Source: Bacteroidales bacterium Bact_19
Lineage (GTDB): Bacteria; Bacteroidota; Bacteroidia; Bacteroidales; ML635J-15
Length of the DNA stretch: 64,000 nucleotides
Assembly: GCA_001603595.1 (NCBI GenBank)
Contig: LUZK01000026.1
Location: 5,810 to 69,809, forward strand
Reading direction: 5' to 3'
The notes under the pieces: generated by a model
What the model saw: the letters and a program-made list of their open reading frames with translations, nothing else
Databases searched by the model: none
What the model was told of the DNA's origin: nothing
Made by a program: the position numbers and the translations under genes
Shown: piece after piece, positions 1 to 11,068 of the stretch
Layout of the letters: each line of letters opens with the position of its first letter
How positions within the stretch are numbered: the stretch's first letter is position 1

Positions 1-47
1 TAATACTATTTTAAGATTTTATCACAATAAATTTTATAACAATTTGT

Positions 48-55
48 TATCTTTG
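48..55 (+). promoter_or_regulatory. Bacteroidota -7 promoter box (TATCTTTG) for candidate sRNA
   Basis: Exact match to TAnnTTTG immediately upstream of a two-hairpin unit. Confidence 0.55.
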
Positions 56-56
56 T

Positions 57-142
57 GAGAGTTGCAAGGCAAAACAAACAACTCTTTTTCATGGTTATTG
101 GGTTTTAGTTGTCCTGAAGTCAGAAATGGCTTCAGGTTTTTT
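57..142 (+). ncRNA. Candidate small RNA (~85 nt)
   Basis: Promoter box at 48-55; 5' hairpin AGAGTTG(58-64)/CAACTCT(79-85); U/G-rich linker; terminator hairpin 113-136 plus T6. Confidence 0.5.
113..142 (+). terminator. Intrinsic terminator
   Basis: CCTGAAGTCA-GAAA-TGGCTTCAGG (10-bp stem with one G-U, GNRA loop) followed by TTTTTT; also abuts the stop of the convergent XRE gene. Confidence 0.8.
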
Positions 143-716
143 ATTTTATATTATATGCCTCAAAAGTGCCATCATCAAACAATACAATAACTCTTTTAAT
201 TTTTGTTTCAGGTTTTTCTGAAATTTTGGGCGTGGCTTCTGAATTTACTGAAATAAAAGGAATTTGTTCCTTTTTGGGTTGTTCAAAAGAATTATTTTCA
301 ATTTGTTGAACAGTTTTATTCTCAATTATAGGTTCTGGTTTCGATAAAGCAGCTTTTTCTTCTTGTTTATCAACTTCATCTGTCAATTCGGAGTTTACAG
401 TCTTAATATTTGCGTTTTCTTTTTCATCGGCAACAATAGTAGAAAATAAATCTGTTTGTATAGGTAATTTTTGTCTTAAATTTCCAGAGATTTCAGTATT
501 CAATTCATTTTTTAACATAGGACCTTCTCCAAGTAAAAGCCAATCTGTGCTTATATCAGGAAATCTTTTTAATATCTTTAAAATTAAATCTGTGGAGGGA
601 TTGTTACGTCCGGATAAAATATGAGATATTCCAGATGCCTGAACACCTATTTCTTCAGCGAATTTAGCAGAAGTTAATCCTCTTGACTTAATAATCTTAG
701 CTATTCTGTCTTTCAT
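141..716 (-). CDS. XRE/Cro-C1 family helix-turn-helix transcriptional regulator
   Basis: N-terminal HTH (FAEEIGVQASGISHILSGRNNPS...DWLLLGEGPM), low-complexity linker, C-terminal RVIVLFDDGTF motif typical of this Bacteroidota family. Confidence 0.85.
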   Translation of the reverse strand: MKDRIAKIIKSRGLTSAKFAEEIGVQASGISHILSGRNNPSTDLILKILKRFPDISTDWLLLGEGPMLKNELNTEISGNLRQKLPIQTDLFSTIVADEKENANIKTVNSELTDEVDKQEEKAALSKPEPIIENKTVQQIENNSFEQPKKEQIPFISVNSEATPKISEKPETKIKRVIVLFDDGTFEAYNIK

Positions 717-733
717 TTGTTTGTAAATTTTGC

Positions 734-1301
734 TACAAATGTAAACATTTAAACATTACAAATGTAAAACATATTAACATTATTTTTGTAATTTTTTATT
801 AACATGAGTGAATTTACAAAAGTGAAAGAATTTACATTTATAACTTTAAAAAAAATATTACATTTAATTTCATCCTCTTTTACTTAATTGTCTAAACCTG
901 TTATTGGCATATCTTTCAAATTTATAAAGATTAACTTTAATAAAATTTATTAAAATATTGGTTTTCAAATAAATAAGATGTTTTATTTTATCATAAATTT
1001 ACATATATAAACTAAAAATGACTAAAAATCGTTTTTTAATTGAATATTTATTTTAAATAATAATTTTAATTAATTGATTTAAAGTATTTTATATTTATTT
1101 TTTTTTGCAAAAATAAATAATATTTTTAGATTGATTTGAGCTGTTTATTTTTGTAAATATAATTTATTTATAATATTACCATTGATACTAATATTATAAA
1201 AGTAAATAAAATTTATTTTTATTCAATGTTTAACTGTAAATATTTTTGTCTTTACATTTGTAAATAAATAATTTTAAATCCCGTTTGCTTTACATTTGTA
1301 A
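734..1301. repeat. Dispersed near-palindromic repeat TTACAWWTGTAA in AT-rich intergenic region
   Basis: TACAAATGTAA 734-744, TTACAAATGTAA 756-767, reverse complement TTACATTTGTAA 1252-1263 and 1290-1301; degenerate copies 814-825, 832-843, 999-1010. Confidence 0.75.
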
Positions 1302-1596
1302 TTCTAATTAAATAAAAATAATTATCAACCTTTAATATTTAAAAAATTTAATTGGAATTTCTAACTATTAGGAAAATACACCCCTATTTTTCTAAATTGA
1401 CTGAGAATTGCATAAATAAAATCTTATCATAAATTGTCCGAAATATTAAAATTATAAGCATTTAGAAAAATACCTTCCATCAAAGATTATGGTTTGTATT
1501 ATCTAAAAAGAAATTTAGAATTAATGTTTTAGCAATAATTCTTTTTCCAACAATAAAGGAGTGATTGGATTATTATGGTAACAAATCAAGATAAAT

Positions 1597-2952
1597 TTAT
1601 TTAACTTGAGTAGTTTTTAGAACCTTTGTGAGATTAATAAGCATAAATAAAGTAATCAAAGCTGCCAGAAAATCAGCGGTAGGAAAAGATATCCAAATAC
1701 CAATCTCTCCGAAATACAAAGGCAAAAGTAAAACAAACGGGATAAGAAATAGAACCTGCCTGGCTAAAGCAAGAAAAAGAGAAGATTTTGCTTTACCAAG
1801 AGACTGATATAATCCAGAAACAATTATTTGAAAACCAATTACCGGGAAAGCGATGATAAATATTTTCAACATTTTTCCTCCATACTCAATGACAGTACTA
1901 TCTGTAGTAAAAATCATTATTAGTTGTTTAGAAAAACTAAAATATATTATAAGAGAAAAGATGCAAAACCAGGTTGACCACTTAATCGAAACTTTAATAG
2001 ATTCAATAACTCTATGGAAGTTTTTAGCTCCGTAATTATATCCTGCAATAGGCATAAAAGCTTGGTTTAGCCCGAATAAAGGCATAAAAATAAGCATAGA
2101 TAATCTTAGAATTATACCAAAACTTGCAATAGCAACAGTTCCTCCGTATCGAATAAGAGCATGATTAAGAACAACTGTCATAACTGAAGAAGCCATTTGA
2201 CGTGCAAAAGAAGAAGCACCAAGAGCAAAAGTTTCGGTAATAATATTCTTTTCTGGAATTCTATAAAGTTGAGCTAAATTTATTTTAAGATAAGATTTAT
2301 TATTTAATGTAAAATACCAAACACAAGCCAAAGATGCTAAAGTTTGGCTGATGCTTGTTGCAATTGCGGCTCCCATAACTCCCCAAGAAAACCCAAAAAT
2401 AAATATTGGATCAAGAATAATATTTAACAGAGCAGCAAATGCTTGAACTTTCATTGGAAATTTTGTATTTCCCTCTGCCCTGATTGCATTCATTAGAACA
2501 TAAAGTATATTCTGAAAAAAAGCTCCGGGTAAACACCATAATAAGTAAATTTTGGCTTGTGGTAAAATTTCTTCATTAGCTCCAAAAAGTCGTAGAAAAA
2601 ATTCAGGCAGAATCGCTAATAGTAGAATAAGAAAAAAATTAAAAAAACTTATTGCAGTAATTATATTATGCAAAACTAATTGAGCTTTAAGTTTTTTTTT
2701 GCTTCCTAAAGCACGAGAAATTATTGAAGCCCCTCCCATTCCTATTGCATGACCAAATGTTGTGATAGTCATTAATACAGGCAAAGCCACAGCAACAGCT
2801 GCTAAAGCCACTGTTCCGGCTCCATGTCCTAAGAAAATAGTATCAGTAATATTGTAAACAGAAATTGCCATCATTCCCAAAATGGAAGGTCCAGACATTG
2901 ACAATAATAATCGTGGTATATTTTCACTTTCTAACCTTTCTGTATGCTTCAT
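1597..2952 (-). CDS. MATE family efflux transporter (MepA-like)
   Basis: About 12 hydrophobic segments; YNITDTIFLG, NIILDPIFIF, GVMGAAIAT and GYNYGAKN motifs. Confidence 0.92.
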   Translation of the reverse strand: MKHTERLESENIPRLLLSMSGPSILGMMAISVYNITDTIFLGHGAGTVALAAVAVALPVLMTITTFGHAIGMGGASIISRALGSKKKLKAQLVLHNIITAISFFNFFLILLLAILPEFFLRLFGANEEILPQAKIYLLWCLPGAFFQNILYVLMNAIRAEGNTKFPMKVQAFAALLNIILDPIFIFGFSWGVMGAAIATSISQTLASLACVWYFTLNNKSYLKINLAQLYRIPEKNIITETFALGASSFARQMASSVMTVVLNHALIRYGGTVAIASFGIILRLSMLIFMPLFGLNQAFMPIAGYNYGAKNFHRVIESIKVSIKWSTWFCIFSLIIYFSFSKQLIMIFTTDSTVIEYGGKMLKIFIIAFPVIGFQIIVSGLYQSLGKAKSSLFLALARQVLFLIPFVLLLPLYFGEIGIWISFPTADFLAALITLFMLINLTKVLKTTQVK

Positions 2953-2957
2953 CCCGG

Positions 2958-4490
2958 CTAATTATGCTTGTAAAGTTTTAATTCAGTGAAATCAAAATCC
3001 GGATTAGGAATATCAATTCTTATTTCCGTAACATTTCCATATTTGTCCGAAATAAATTGAACAGTTCCCGCAGGTAAAGACGGAGCCTGATCAAATTTTA
3101 TGCTAAAAACATCATAATGCCAATGTTTTAAATAGCCTTGGTATATTGATGTATGAATCATTTCGAGATATAATTTTTTATCTTTCAAACTAACTTTAAC
3201 CTCGCCATAAATATCACTGGAATAAACTCCGCAATAGGTCTCAAGATTAAATGAAGGTTGTGTATTTTTTACTCGTGAGGTTTCCCATTTTTCTTTTTCT
3301 TCTTTATCTTGATTACTAACCCATTGCTTTACTTTCAAAAAATAATTAGACCAATATAAATCAAGGCTATTATCAATCAAATAATCAAGAAGCGTAAGCA
3401 TTACAACATTATATGTATATGCCATATTATTTGTAAGAATAACAAAACCCAGATTTTTCTCCGGAATAAATACAGTTTGAGAAATCATACCATCGTATCC
3501 ACCATTATGAGTAACAATGAAAAACGATTTATAATCATATAAAGTCCAACCCAAACCATAAGCTTTAAAATGTGTAGATGGATTTATTGATTTTGAAAAC
3601 GGACTAATATCAATAATTGTATGTGGCTTTGTAAGTTCATTATATTGTTTTTCTGAGAAAATCTGTTTACCTTTAAATTTACCTTTGTTTAGGTTCAGAA
3701 TTAGCCATTTTGCAAGATCATTTACATTACTGTTAATACTTCCTGCCGGACCAATATTATCCCAATTAATATAAGGAATAACAAGATTTTTGTCATCAAC
3801 AAAAGCATGACATGAAGCAACATTATCAAGTTGACTGTTTACCGTAATACTTGTATTTGTTCTGTTCATTTCGAGGGGTTCAAATATTCTATGTTTAATA
3901 AAATCATCCCAGGTTGTGTCTGTAACATATTCAACAATAATTCCCGCAGCTAGATACATTATATTTGAATATCCGAATTTTTCTCTGAAGCCATATTGAG
4001 GTTTTAGATAGGCTGCTCTTCTTATAACTTCTTCGCGGGAGTAATCACTTGCATACCAAATCAAATCTCCGGAAAAAGTTTTTAACCCGGTTCGATGACA
4101 TAATAAATCCCGAACAGTGATTTGTTCTGTTACAAAAGGATCGTAAAGCTTAAACCATGGAATGTATTTTGTTACTTTATCATCCCACGAGATTCTGTTT
4201 TCATCAACTAAAATTGCCAGTGCTGTTGCTGTAAAAGCTTTGGTATTGGATGCTATGGCAAAGTTGGTATTTTCGCTAACTTTTCTGCGTTTTCCTTCTT
4301 CGAGATAGCCGAAGCCTTTGGCATACAGTATTTTTTGATTATCCACAATCGCAATTGCCATTCCGGGGGTATTGTAAGTTTGGCGGATTTTCTCCAAAAC
4401 ATCGTCTAATTTTGTTGCGTCTATATCTGTCTGGGAAAAAAGAAATGAAAATAAAAAGCAAAATAGTTTTAAAATTAAAAACCTTTTCAT
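2958..4490 (-). CDS. Serine hydrolase, beta-lactamase/AmpC-like family, with C-terminal DUF3471-like domain
   Basis: Signal peptide; SxxK (IASNTK), YSN, LLCHRTG and HNGG motifs. Confidence 0.88.
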   Translation of the reverse strand: MKRFLILKLFCFLFSFLFSQTDIDATKLDDVLEKIRQTYNTPGMAIAIVDNQKILYAKGFGYLEEGKRRKVSENTNFAIASNTKAFTATALAILVDENRISWDDKVTKYIPWFKLYDPFVTEQITVRDLLCHRTGLKTFSGDLIWYASDYSREEVIRRAAYLKPQYGFREKFGYSNIMYLAAGIIVEYVTDTTWDDFIKHRIFEPLEMNRTNTSITVNSQLDNVASCHAFVDDKNLVIPYINWDNIGPAGSINSNVNDLAKWLILNLNKGKFKGKQIFSEKQYNELTKPHTIIDISPFSKSINPSTHFKAYGLGWTLYDYKSFFIVTHNGGYDGMISQTVFIPEKNLGFVILTNNMAYTYNVVMLTLLDYLIDNSLDLYWSNYFLKVKQWVSNQDKEEKEKWETSRVKNTQPSFNLETYCGVYSSDIYGEVKVSLKDKKLYLEMIHTSIYQGYLKHWHYDVFSIKFDQAPSLPAGTVQFISDKYGNVTEIRIDIPNPDFDFTELKLYKHN

Positions 4491-4527
4491 GACAACTTTT
4501 AAATTTTGAATTATTAAACTAAAAATC

Positions 4528-6477
4528 TCAAGGTTTGTTTGATATTACCTTAAATTCTGTTCGACGATTAAGAGCTCTGCCTTCTTCTGTATCGTTAGTT
4601 GCAATAGGTACAGAAAAATCATATCCTTTGTAGCTCAGGCGTTTTTTATCAATTCCCTTAGAAACTAAATAATCAAAAACAGACTTGGCTCGATTTTCGG
4701 ATAAGGTTTTATTATAAGCTTTTGACCCTCTATTATCAGTATGACCGCCGATTTCAATAACCAAACCCGGATTGTTATTAAGATATTCCAACACTTTGTT
4801 TAACTCTGCAAAAGATTCAGGCAGAAGTTCGTATGAATCGAATTCAAAGAAAATATTTTTTAAAATAACAGTAACGCCTTCGGTTAAAGGTTGCAGTGGA
4901 ATATTCATAACATAAGGTTTATCCGGAGTTTCGAGGTTACTGAGAGAAAAGTTTTCGGAATAAAACAAATAGCCTCTTTTATCAACATTAAAAGCATAAT
5001 CCTTGTCCACAGGCAAAGAAACCATATATTCTCCGGTTTTTGCATCGGATAAAACAGTAGCAACAAGATTTTCGGTTTTAAGGTCAATAAGTTCGCAAAT
5101 TGCTTCGAGTCTTTGATTGGTTACAATATCATATACATATCCTGTAACATAAGTAGTGGCAATTGGTTTAATTTCTTCAGGAATTTTAAAGAAATAAATA
5201 TCCAGGTCGTTTTTTCCCTTAGTTGAAGCAAATAATGCAATATCTCCTCTGGCATTGACAATCAAACTTCTTTCTTCTCCGTTTGTATTTATTGGATATC
5301 CGAGATTCACAGGCTTTGACCATTTGCCGGTTTTTTCGTCGCGTCTGGAATAAAACAGGTCGAAATCTCCCATTCCGGGATGTCCTTGAGAAGCAAAGTA
5401 TAAAGTTCGTCCGTCGGGATGAATAAACGGGGAAATTTCTTCATATTCTGTATTTAAAGGATCTCCCAAATTAAATACAGGAGAAACAGCATTGCCCTGA
5501 TTGTCAATTTCTACAACCCAAATATCTGTTTTTCCTTTTCCTCCGGGTCTTCCAGATGCAAAGTACAAAAATCTGCCATCGGCACTAAGGCTTGGATTAC
5601 TATCCCAATACGGAGAATTTACAGTTTTCATGTTTTTGGGAGCAGTCCATTTTCCATCAACAAGAAACATTATGTATAAATCACAAGATCCAAGGCCATC
5701 AGGACGGTTACAGGCTGTAAAAACTATTGTTTTACCGTCCCCCGAAATACACTGAGCTCCTTCGTTTAGTTTTGTATTTATATTTCCCGGCAAAGGGATT
5801 GCTGTACCAAACATTTTAAATTCCGGATCATAATACGAAACAAATAAGTCTTCGTGCATGTTGGATTGAGCCCTTGAAGAATTATTCGGATTTAAAGGAA
5901 TTTGGCGAGTAAAAACCAGAACATGCTCATCAATTGACAGCGAAGGCCAGTATTCATCGAAATGTGTGTTAACCCCCGGTCCGAGGTTTATCGGAGTGAA
6001 TGGAACAGGATTGTTATATGCACTGTCGGCAAAGTAAATGTATTTCTTAAGACGTTGAAAATCATATTTAAGATATTTTACTGTATCGGCATTTTTATAA
6101 AAAAAATCTATGAATTGTTTGGCATTGGAATATTCTCCTGCCCTATATGCAAGTACAGCAAGTTTGTAGCATAAGCCGGTATCATAAAACGGGTCTATTT
6201 CAAATACATTCTTATAGGCCAGATAGGACTCCCAAACATCTCCTAAAAAATCATGAATCTCGGCTTTAAGTAACCAAGCTTCGAGGAATCCCGGATCAAT
6301 TTCCACTGCTTTGTTTATTTCCATAACAGCAGCATTGTTTTGATGTCGTTCCATTAAAGCTACTGATTTATTAAAACTTTTAATGGCTTTTTTGTTCGTT
6401 GTATATTTAGATTTCTCTTGAGAAAAAAGAATTATGCAAGGCAGCATCAAAAAGTATATCAATAATATTTTTTTCAT
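4528..6477 (-). CDS. OmpA-family peptidoglycan-binding protein with TPR and PD40 repeats (PorE-like architecture)
   Basis: N-terminal TPRs; PD40 repeats (PSLSADGRFLYFAS, PFIHPDGRTLYFAS); OmpA C-domain (IGGHTD...LSENRA...NRRTEF). Confidence 0.9.
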   Translation of the reverse strand: MKKILLIYFLMLPCIILFSQEKSKYTTNKKAIKSFNKSVALMERHQNNAAVMEINKAVEIDPGFLEAWLLKAEIHDFLGDVWESYLAYKNVFEIDPFYDTGLCYKLAVLAYRAGEYSNAKQFIDFFYKNADTVKYLKYDFQRLKKYIYFADSAYNNPVPFTPINLGPGVNTHFDEYWPSLSIDEHVLVFTRQIPLNPNNSSRAQSNMHEDLFVSYYDPEFKMFGTAIPLPGNINTKLNEGAQCISGDGKTIVFTACNRPDGLGSCDLYIMFLVDGKWTAPKNMKTVNSPYWDSNPSLSADGRFLYFASGRPGGKGKTDIWVVEIDNQGNAVSPVFNLGDPLNTEYEEISPFIHPDGRTLYFASQGHPGMGDFDLFYSRRDEKTGKWSKPVNLGYPINTNGEERSLIVNARGDIALFASTKGKNDLDIYFFKIPEEIKPIATTYVTGYVYDIVTNQRLEAICELIDLKTENLVATVLSDAKTGEYMVSLPVDKDYAFNVDKRGYLFYSENFSLSNLETPDKPYVMNIPLQPLTEGVTVILKNIFFEFDSYELLPESFAELNKVLEYLNNNPGLVIEIGGHTDNRGSKAYNKTLSENRAKSVFDYLVSKGIDKKRLSYKGYDFSVPIATNDTEEGRALNRRTEFKVISNKP

Positions 6478-6673
6478 TTGTGCAGAATTATTATTTTGTT
6501 AATTATCATCATTTAATAAAAATTATTTTTAAAATTTATATCTTACAATATGGATATTCAATTTAAACATTACACTCTTTAATTAGCTTTTTACTACTAT
6601 ACTTTTATTAAATTTAAATTCTTTACATACCTATATTTTAAAAAATTAAACTATCCGATTTTATTACGAATCA

Positions 6674-7285
6674 TCAAGGGATATTTAGATATTTATGCAC
6701 CTGTAAGGAAATTTTCCATTTAGGATTATTTTTAACATAATCAACAACCATTTCTGCTGTTTTTTTTATTCTACTCCATTCGGGTTGCAAAAATAATTCC
6801 GAAGACTTTTTGGATTTATTTGCACAAGTTTCTGCCCAGAGAAAATCATCTTCTTCGAAAATCACAACTTTAACCTCATTAGCTATCTGAAAATAAATAT
6901 CAAGTGGTGGTTTTTGTTTTTTTGGCGAAAGGCAAACCCAATCCCATAACCCACTGAATTGGTATGCTCCACAGGTCTCGAGCATCAACTTATAACCAAG
7001 TTTTTTTGCTTTATGACAAAACTCGTCAAAATTATATATTAAAGGTTCTCCTCCTGTTACAACTATTGTATCGGCTACTGTAGATTTTACTCTTTGGAGA
7101 ATTTCCTCTATTTTGATGTATTTATGTTCTTCGGGAAACCACGACTCTTTTGAATCGCACCAATGGCATGCCAAATCGCAACCACCAACCCTTATGAAGT
7201 AGGCGGGTTTTCCTGTATTATGCCCCTCTCCCTGTATGGAATAAAATTCTTCAAGTATCGGAATAGAACCTTGTATATTTGCCAT
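6674..7285 (-). CDS. queE: 7-carboxy-7-deazaguanine synthase (radical SAM)
   Basis: EEFYSIQGEG, CDLACHWCD (CxxxCxxC), VVTGGEP, LQVHKYL. Confidence 0.92.
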   Translation of the reverse strand: MANIQGSIPILEEFYSIQGEGHNTGKPAYFIRVGGCDLACHWCDSKESWFPEEHKYIKIEEILQRVKSTVADTIVVTGGEPLIYNFDEFCHKAKKLGYKLMLETCGAYQFSGLWDWVCLSPKKQKPPLDIYFQIANEVKVVIFEEDDFLWAETCANKSKKSSELFLQPEWSRIKKTAEMVVDYVKNNPKWKISLQVHKYLNIP

Positions 7286-7295
7286 TTAAGCCATG

Positions 7296-8522
7296 TTATT
7301 TAATTATTTTATCTAAAACTCCTTTTGCCACATCATAATGTATCATAATGGTCATCATTTTTAATTTGATATAGTCTTCGTGAAAAAAACGATACCCTTT
7401 ATGTTTTCCGTCAAATGCTCCGCTACCTGAATCTTTAATCAAGTACCAATAAGCATCTCCGGTTTTATAATAACCAACAATATGAATACAATGGTCATTT
7501 GTTGTAGAACCATTATATAATCTTAGCTCACGCGAATCTGCATTTATATAAGCTGCCGGAATATCAAAATCCGGAACAATTGCAACTTCTTCGATCTGAC
7601 AGTAACCCGGCTCGGATACATCTCCGCAAAGACTTACGGTATATCCTGATGTTACTGCACTACGTATTAAAAAAATAAAATCCTCCAGTGAAACATTATA
7701 GTATTCTTTGCATTTCCACCAGTTATCAGGTTCTTCGAGCTCATGTTTTTCGTTGTAGTTATATCGTTTCGTTGACATAAAGGAGTAATATCGCCCCGGA
7801 TTAAGTTTAAGAAATTCTCGCATATAAGTCTGAGGATTATATACTATATTATTGATTTTCAGCACTGTTGGTGGTTCTCCTAAATATTTGTTTAGAATAT
7901 TTTTAATATTTGTAAGGACTTCTTCTTTGTTCCAATTATCAGCAGTTTTTACAGATTTCAGATATGTTTCATATTCCTCGAAAAGTTTGTCGTGATCGTT
8001 AAATTTTTTACCTTCCTGAAGGCCTGTATATAATTCATAAGGAACTAAACCGTATTTATTCATAATCCTTTGGATTGCATTTGCCTCGGATCCTTGACCA
8101 AGCGGAGTTTCTCCTTTGGTATCAACAAAATTTTCTGCACGGTCATAGTAATCCCAATAAACCAAATACATTTCAGATAGTTTTACTTTTTTGGTTGTTA
8201 ATCTGTAAATCTCAGATTCCATAAATGAAACTGCAGAATAAGCCCAGCAAGTTCCGCTATTTCCTTGAGAAAGTGGAAGATTGTGATATATGGTATTATA
8301 AAGAGAAATATCGTTTGGATATTTTTTTTCGGAAAAATCCACTTTAAATTGTAATGGAGCTTTATAATTTTTAAGCACAGGCATTTCACCACTGATATCG
8401 GGCAAAATTACCTTATGATAAAATCCGGGCGGATATATTTTATAAATTCCAACATATTGATTTTGAGCAATTATTGCTACTGTAACTAAAACTAAAATTA
8501 AATTAAAAAAAACTTTTTTCAT
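7296..8522 (-). CDS. C1 family cysteine (amino)peptidase, secreted
   Basis: Signal peptide MKKVFF (alternative start 8528); QGNSGTCWAYS catalytic Cys; DHCIHIVG His; KDSG. Confidence 0.85.
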   Translation of the reverse strand: MKKVFFNLILVLVTVAIIAQNQYVGIYKIYPPGFYHKVILPDISGEMPVLKNYKAPLQFKVDFSEKKYPNDISLYNTIYHNLPLSQGNSGTCWAYSAVSFMESEIYRLTTKKVKLSEMYLVYWDYYDRAENFVDTKGETPLGQGSEANAIQRIMNKYGLVPYELYTGLQEGKKFNDHDKLFEEYETYLKSVKTADNWNKEEVLTNIKNILNKYLGEPPTVLKINNIVYNPQTYMREFLKLNPGRYYSFMSTKRYNYNEKHELEEPDNWWKCKEYYNVSLEDFIFLIRSAVTSGYTVSLCGDVSEPGYCQIEEVAIVPDFDIPAAYINADSRELRLYNGSTTNDHCIHIVGYYKTGDAYWYLIKDSGSGAFDGKHKGYRFFHEDYIKLKMMTIMIHYDVAKGVLDKIIK

Positions 8523-9009
8523 AGTCATGAATTTATTTTCAAAAATATGAAATTAATTGAAGAATGAAAGATTTTTAAGGTTAATAATTTTGCAAGATAG
8601 AATGAACCTTATAGATTCTTCGATTACAATCTTTTAACAATCTCTTCAAAAATACTTATTTAAATGGTAATAAATTTATATAAAAGAATTTAGTATTTTT
8701 TCACAAAGGTTTTTAAATAATAAGTAATTTAATTTTGTTGTAAGTTGGTAAAAATAGTATGTTTGTTAAAGTTGGAGTAGATTGTTTTTTTAAAGTATTT
8801 ACTTTCTTTTTTACCGATATAACTGGAATTAACCTGGATGCTTTTTTGTTCGGCATTTTTGAGATTAAAAAGAATTTTAAATTTCAAATCATAGTTGAGA
8901 TAACATCTTGAAAATAAAAGTCACAAAAGAAAAAGCTCAGAAGTCCACAGAAAATATTTGAGTAATGGAAAAATTATACTTAAAAAATAGAGAGCATTCA
9001 TAAAAACAT

Positions 9010-9082
9010 CCAACTAACCAACTAACCAACTAATCAACCAACTAACTAACTAACTAACTAACTGACTAACTGACTAACTAAC
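9010..9082 (-). repeat. Tetranucleotide tract (TTAG/TTGG/TCAG)n directly after typA stop
   Basis: Plus strand ccaactaaccaactaaccaactaatcaaccaactaactaactaactaactaactgactaactgactaactaac. Confidence 0.95.
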
Positions 9083-10885
<1,803 letters not shown>

Positions 10886-10911
10886 TTAAAAAAAAATTTA
10901 AAAATCAATTT

Positions 10912-10940
10912 AAAAAAAAAGTCTCCAACCGGAGACTCTT
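10912..10940 (-). terminator. Intrinsic terminator after tRNA-Arg
   Basis: Minus strand AGTCTCC-GGTT-GGAGACT followed by a T-run. Confidence 0.8.
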
Positions 10941-10941
10941 G

Positions 10942-11015
10942 TGAACCAGAGAGGAGTCGAACCCCTAACCTTCTGATCCGTAGTCAGATGCTCTATCCAA
11001 TTGAGCTACTGGTCC
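10942..11015 (-). tRNA. tRNA-Arg (anticodon ACG)
   Basis: GGACCAGTAGCTCAATTGGATAGAGCATCTGACTACGGATCAGAAGGTTAGGGGTTCGACTCCTCTCTGGTTCA folds as a cloverleaf; CCA not encoded. Confidence 0.96.
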
Positions 11016-11028
11016 ATTTTTTGAGCTA

Positions 11029-11036
11029 CAAAGATA
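11029..11036 (-). promoter_or_regulatory. -7 promoter box (TATCTTTG) for tRNA-Arg
   Basis: caaagata on plus strand, 13 nt upstream of the tRNA 5' end. Confidence 0.65.
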
Positions 11037-11068
11037 AAATGTTTATTTTAAATCTGCAAAAAGATTTT

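Noticed and set aside
2958-4490. Beta-lactamase resistance gene next to MATE pump
   Set aside because: Motifs and the DUF3471-like tail fit the broad serine hydrolase/peptidase family; resistance cannot be inferred from sequence
8529-9009. 480-bp spacer between typA and the C1 peptidase as a hidden gene
   Set aside because: Only very short ORFs (e.g. 26 codons from 9001 on the minus strand) and no convincing structure
9010-9082. Tetranucleotide tracts (here and 51789-51860) as CRISPR arrays or telomere-like repeats
   Set aside because: No repeat-spacer structure, no cas genes, and both are internal to ordinary chromosomal context
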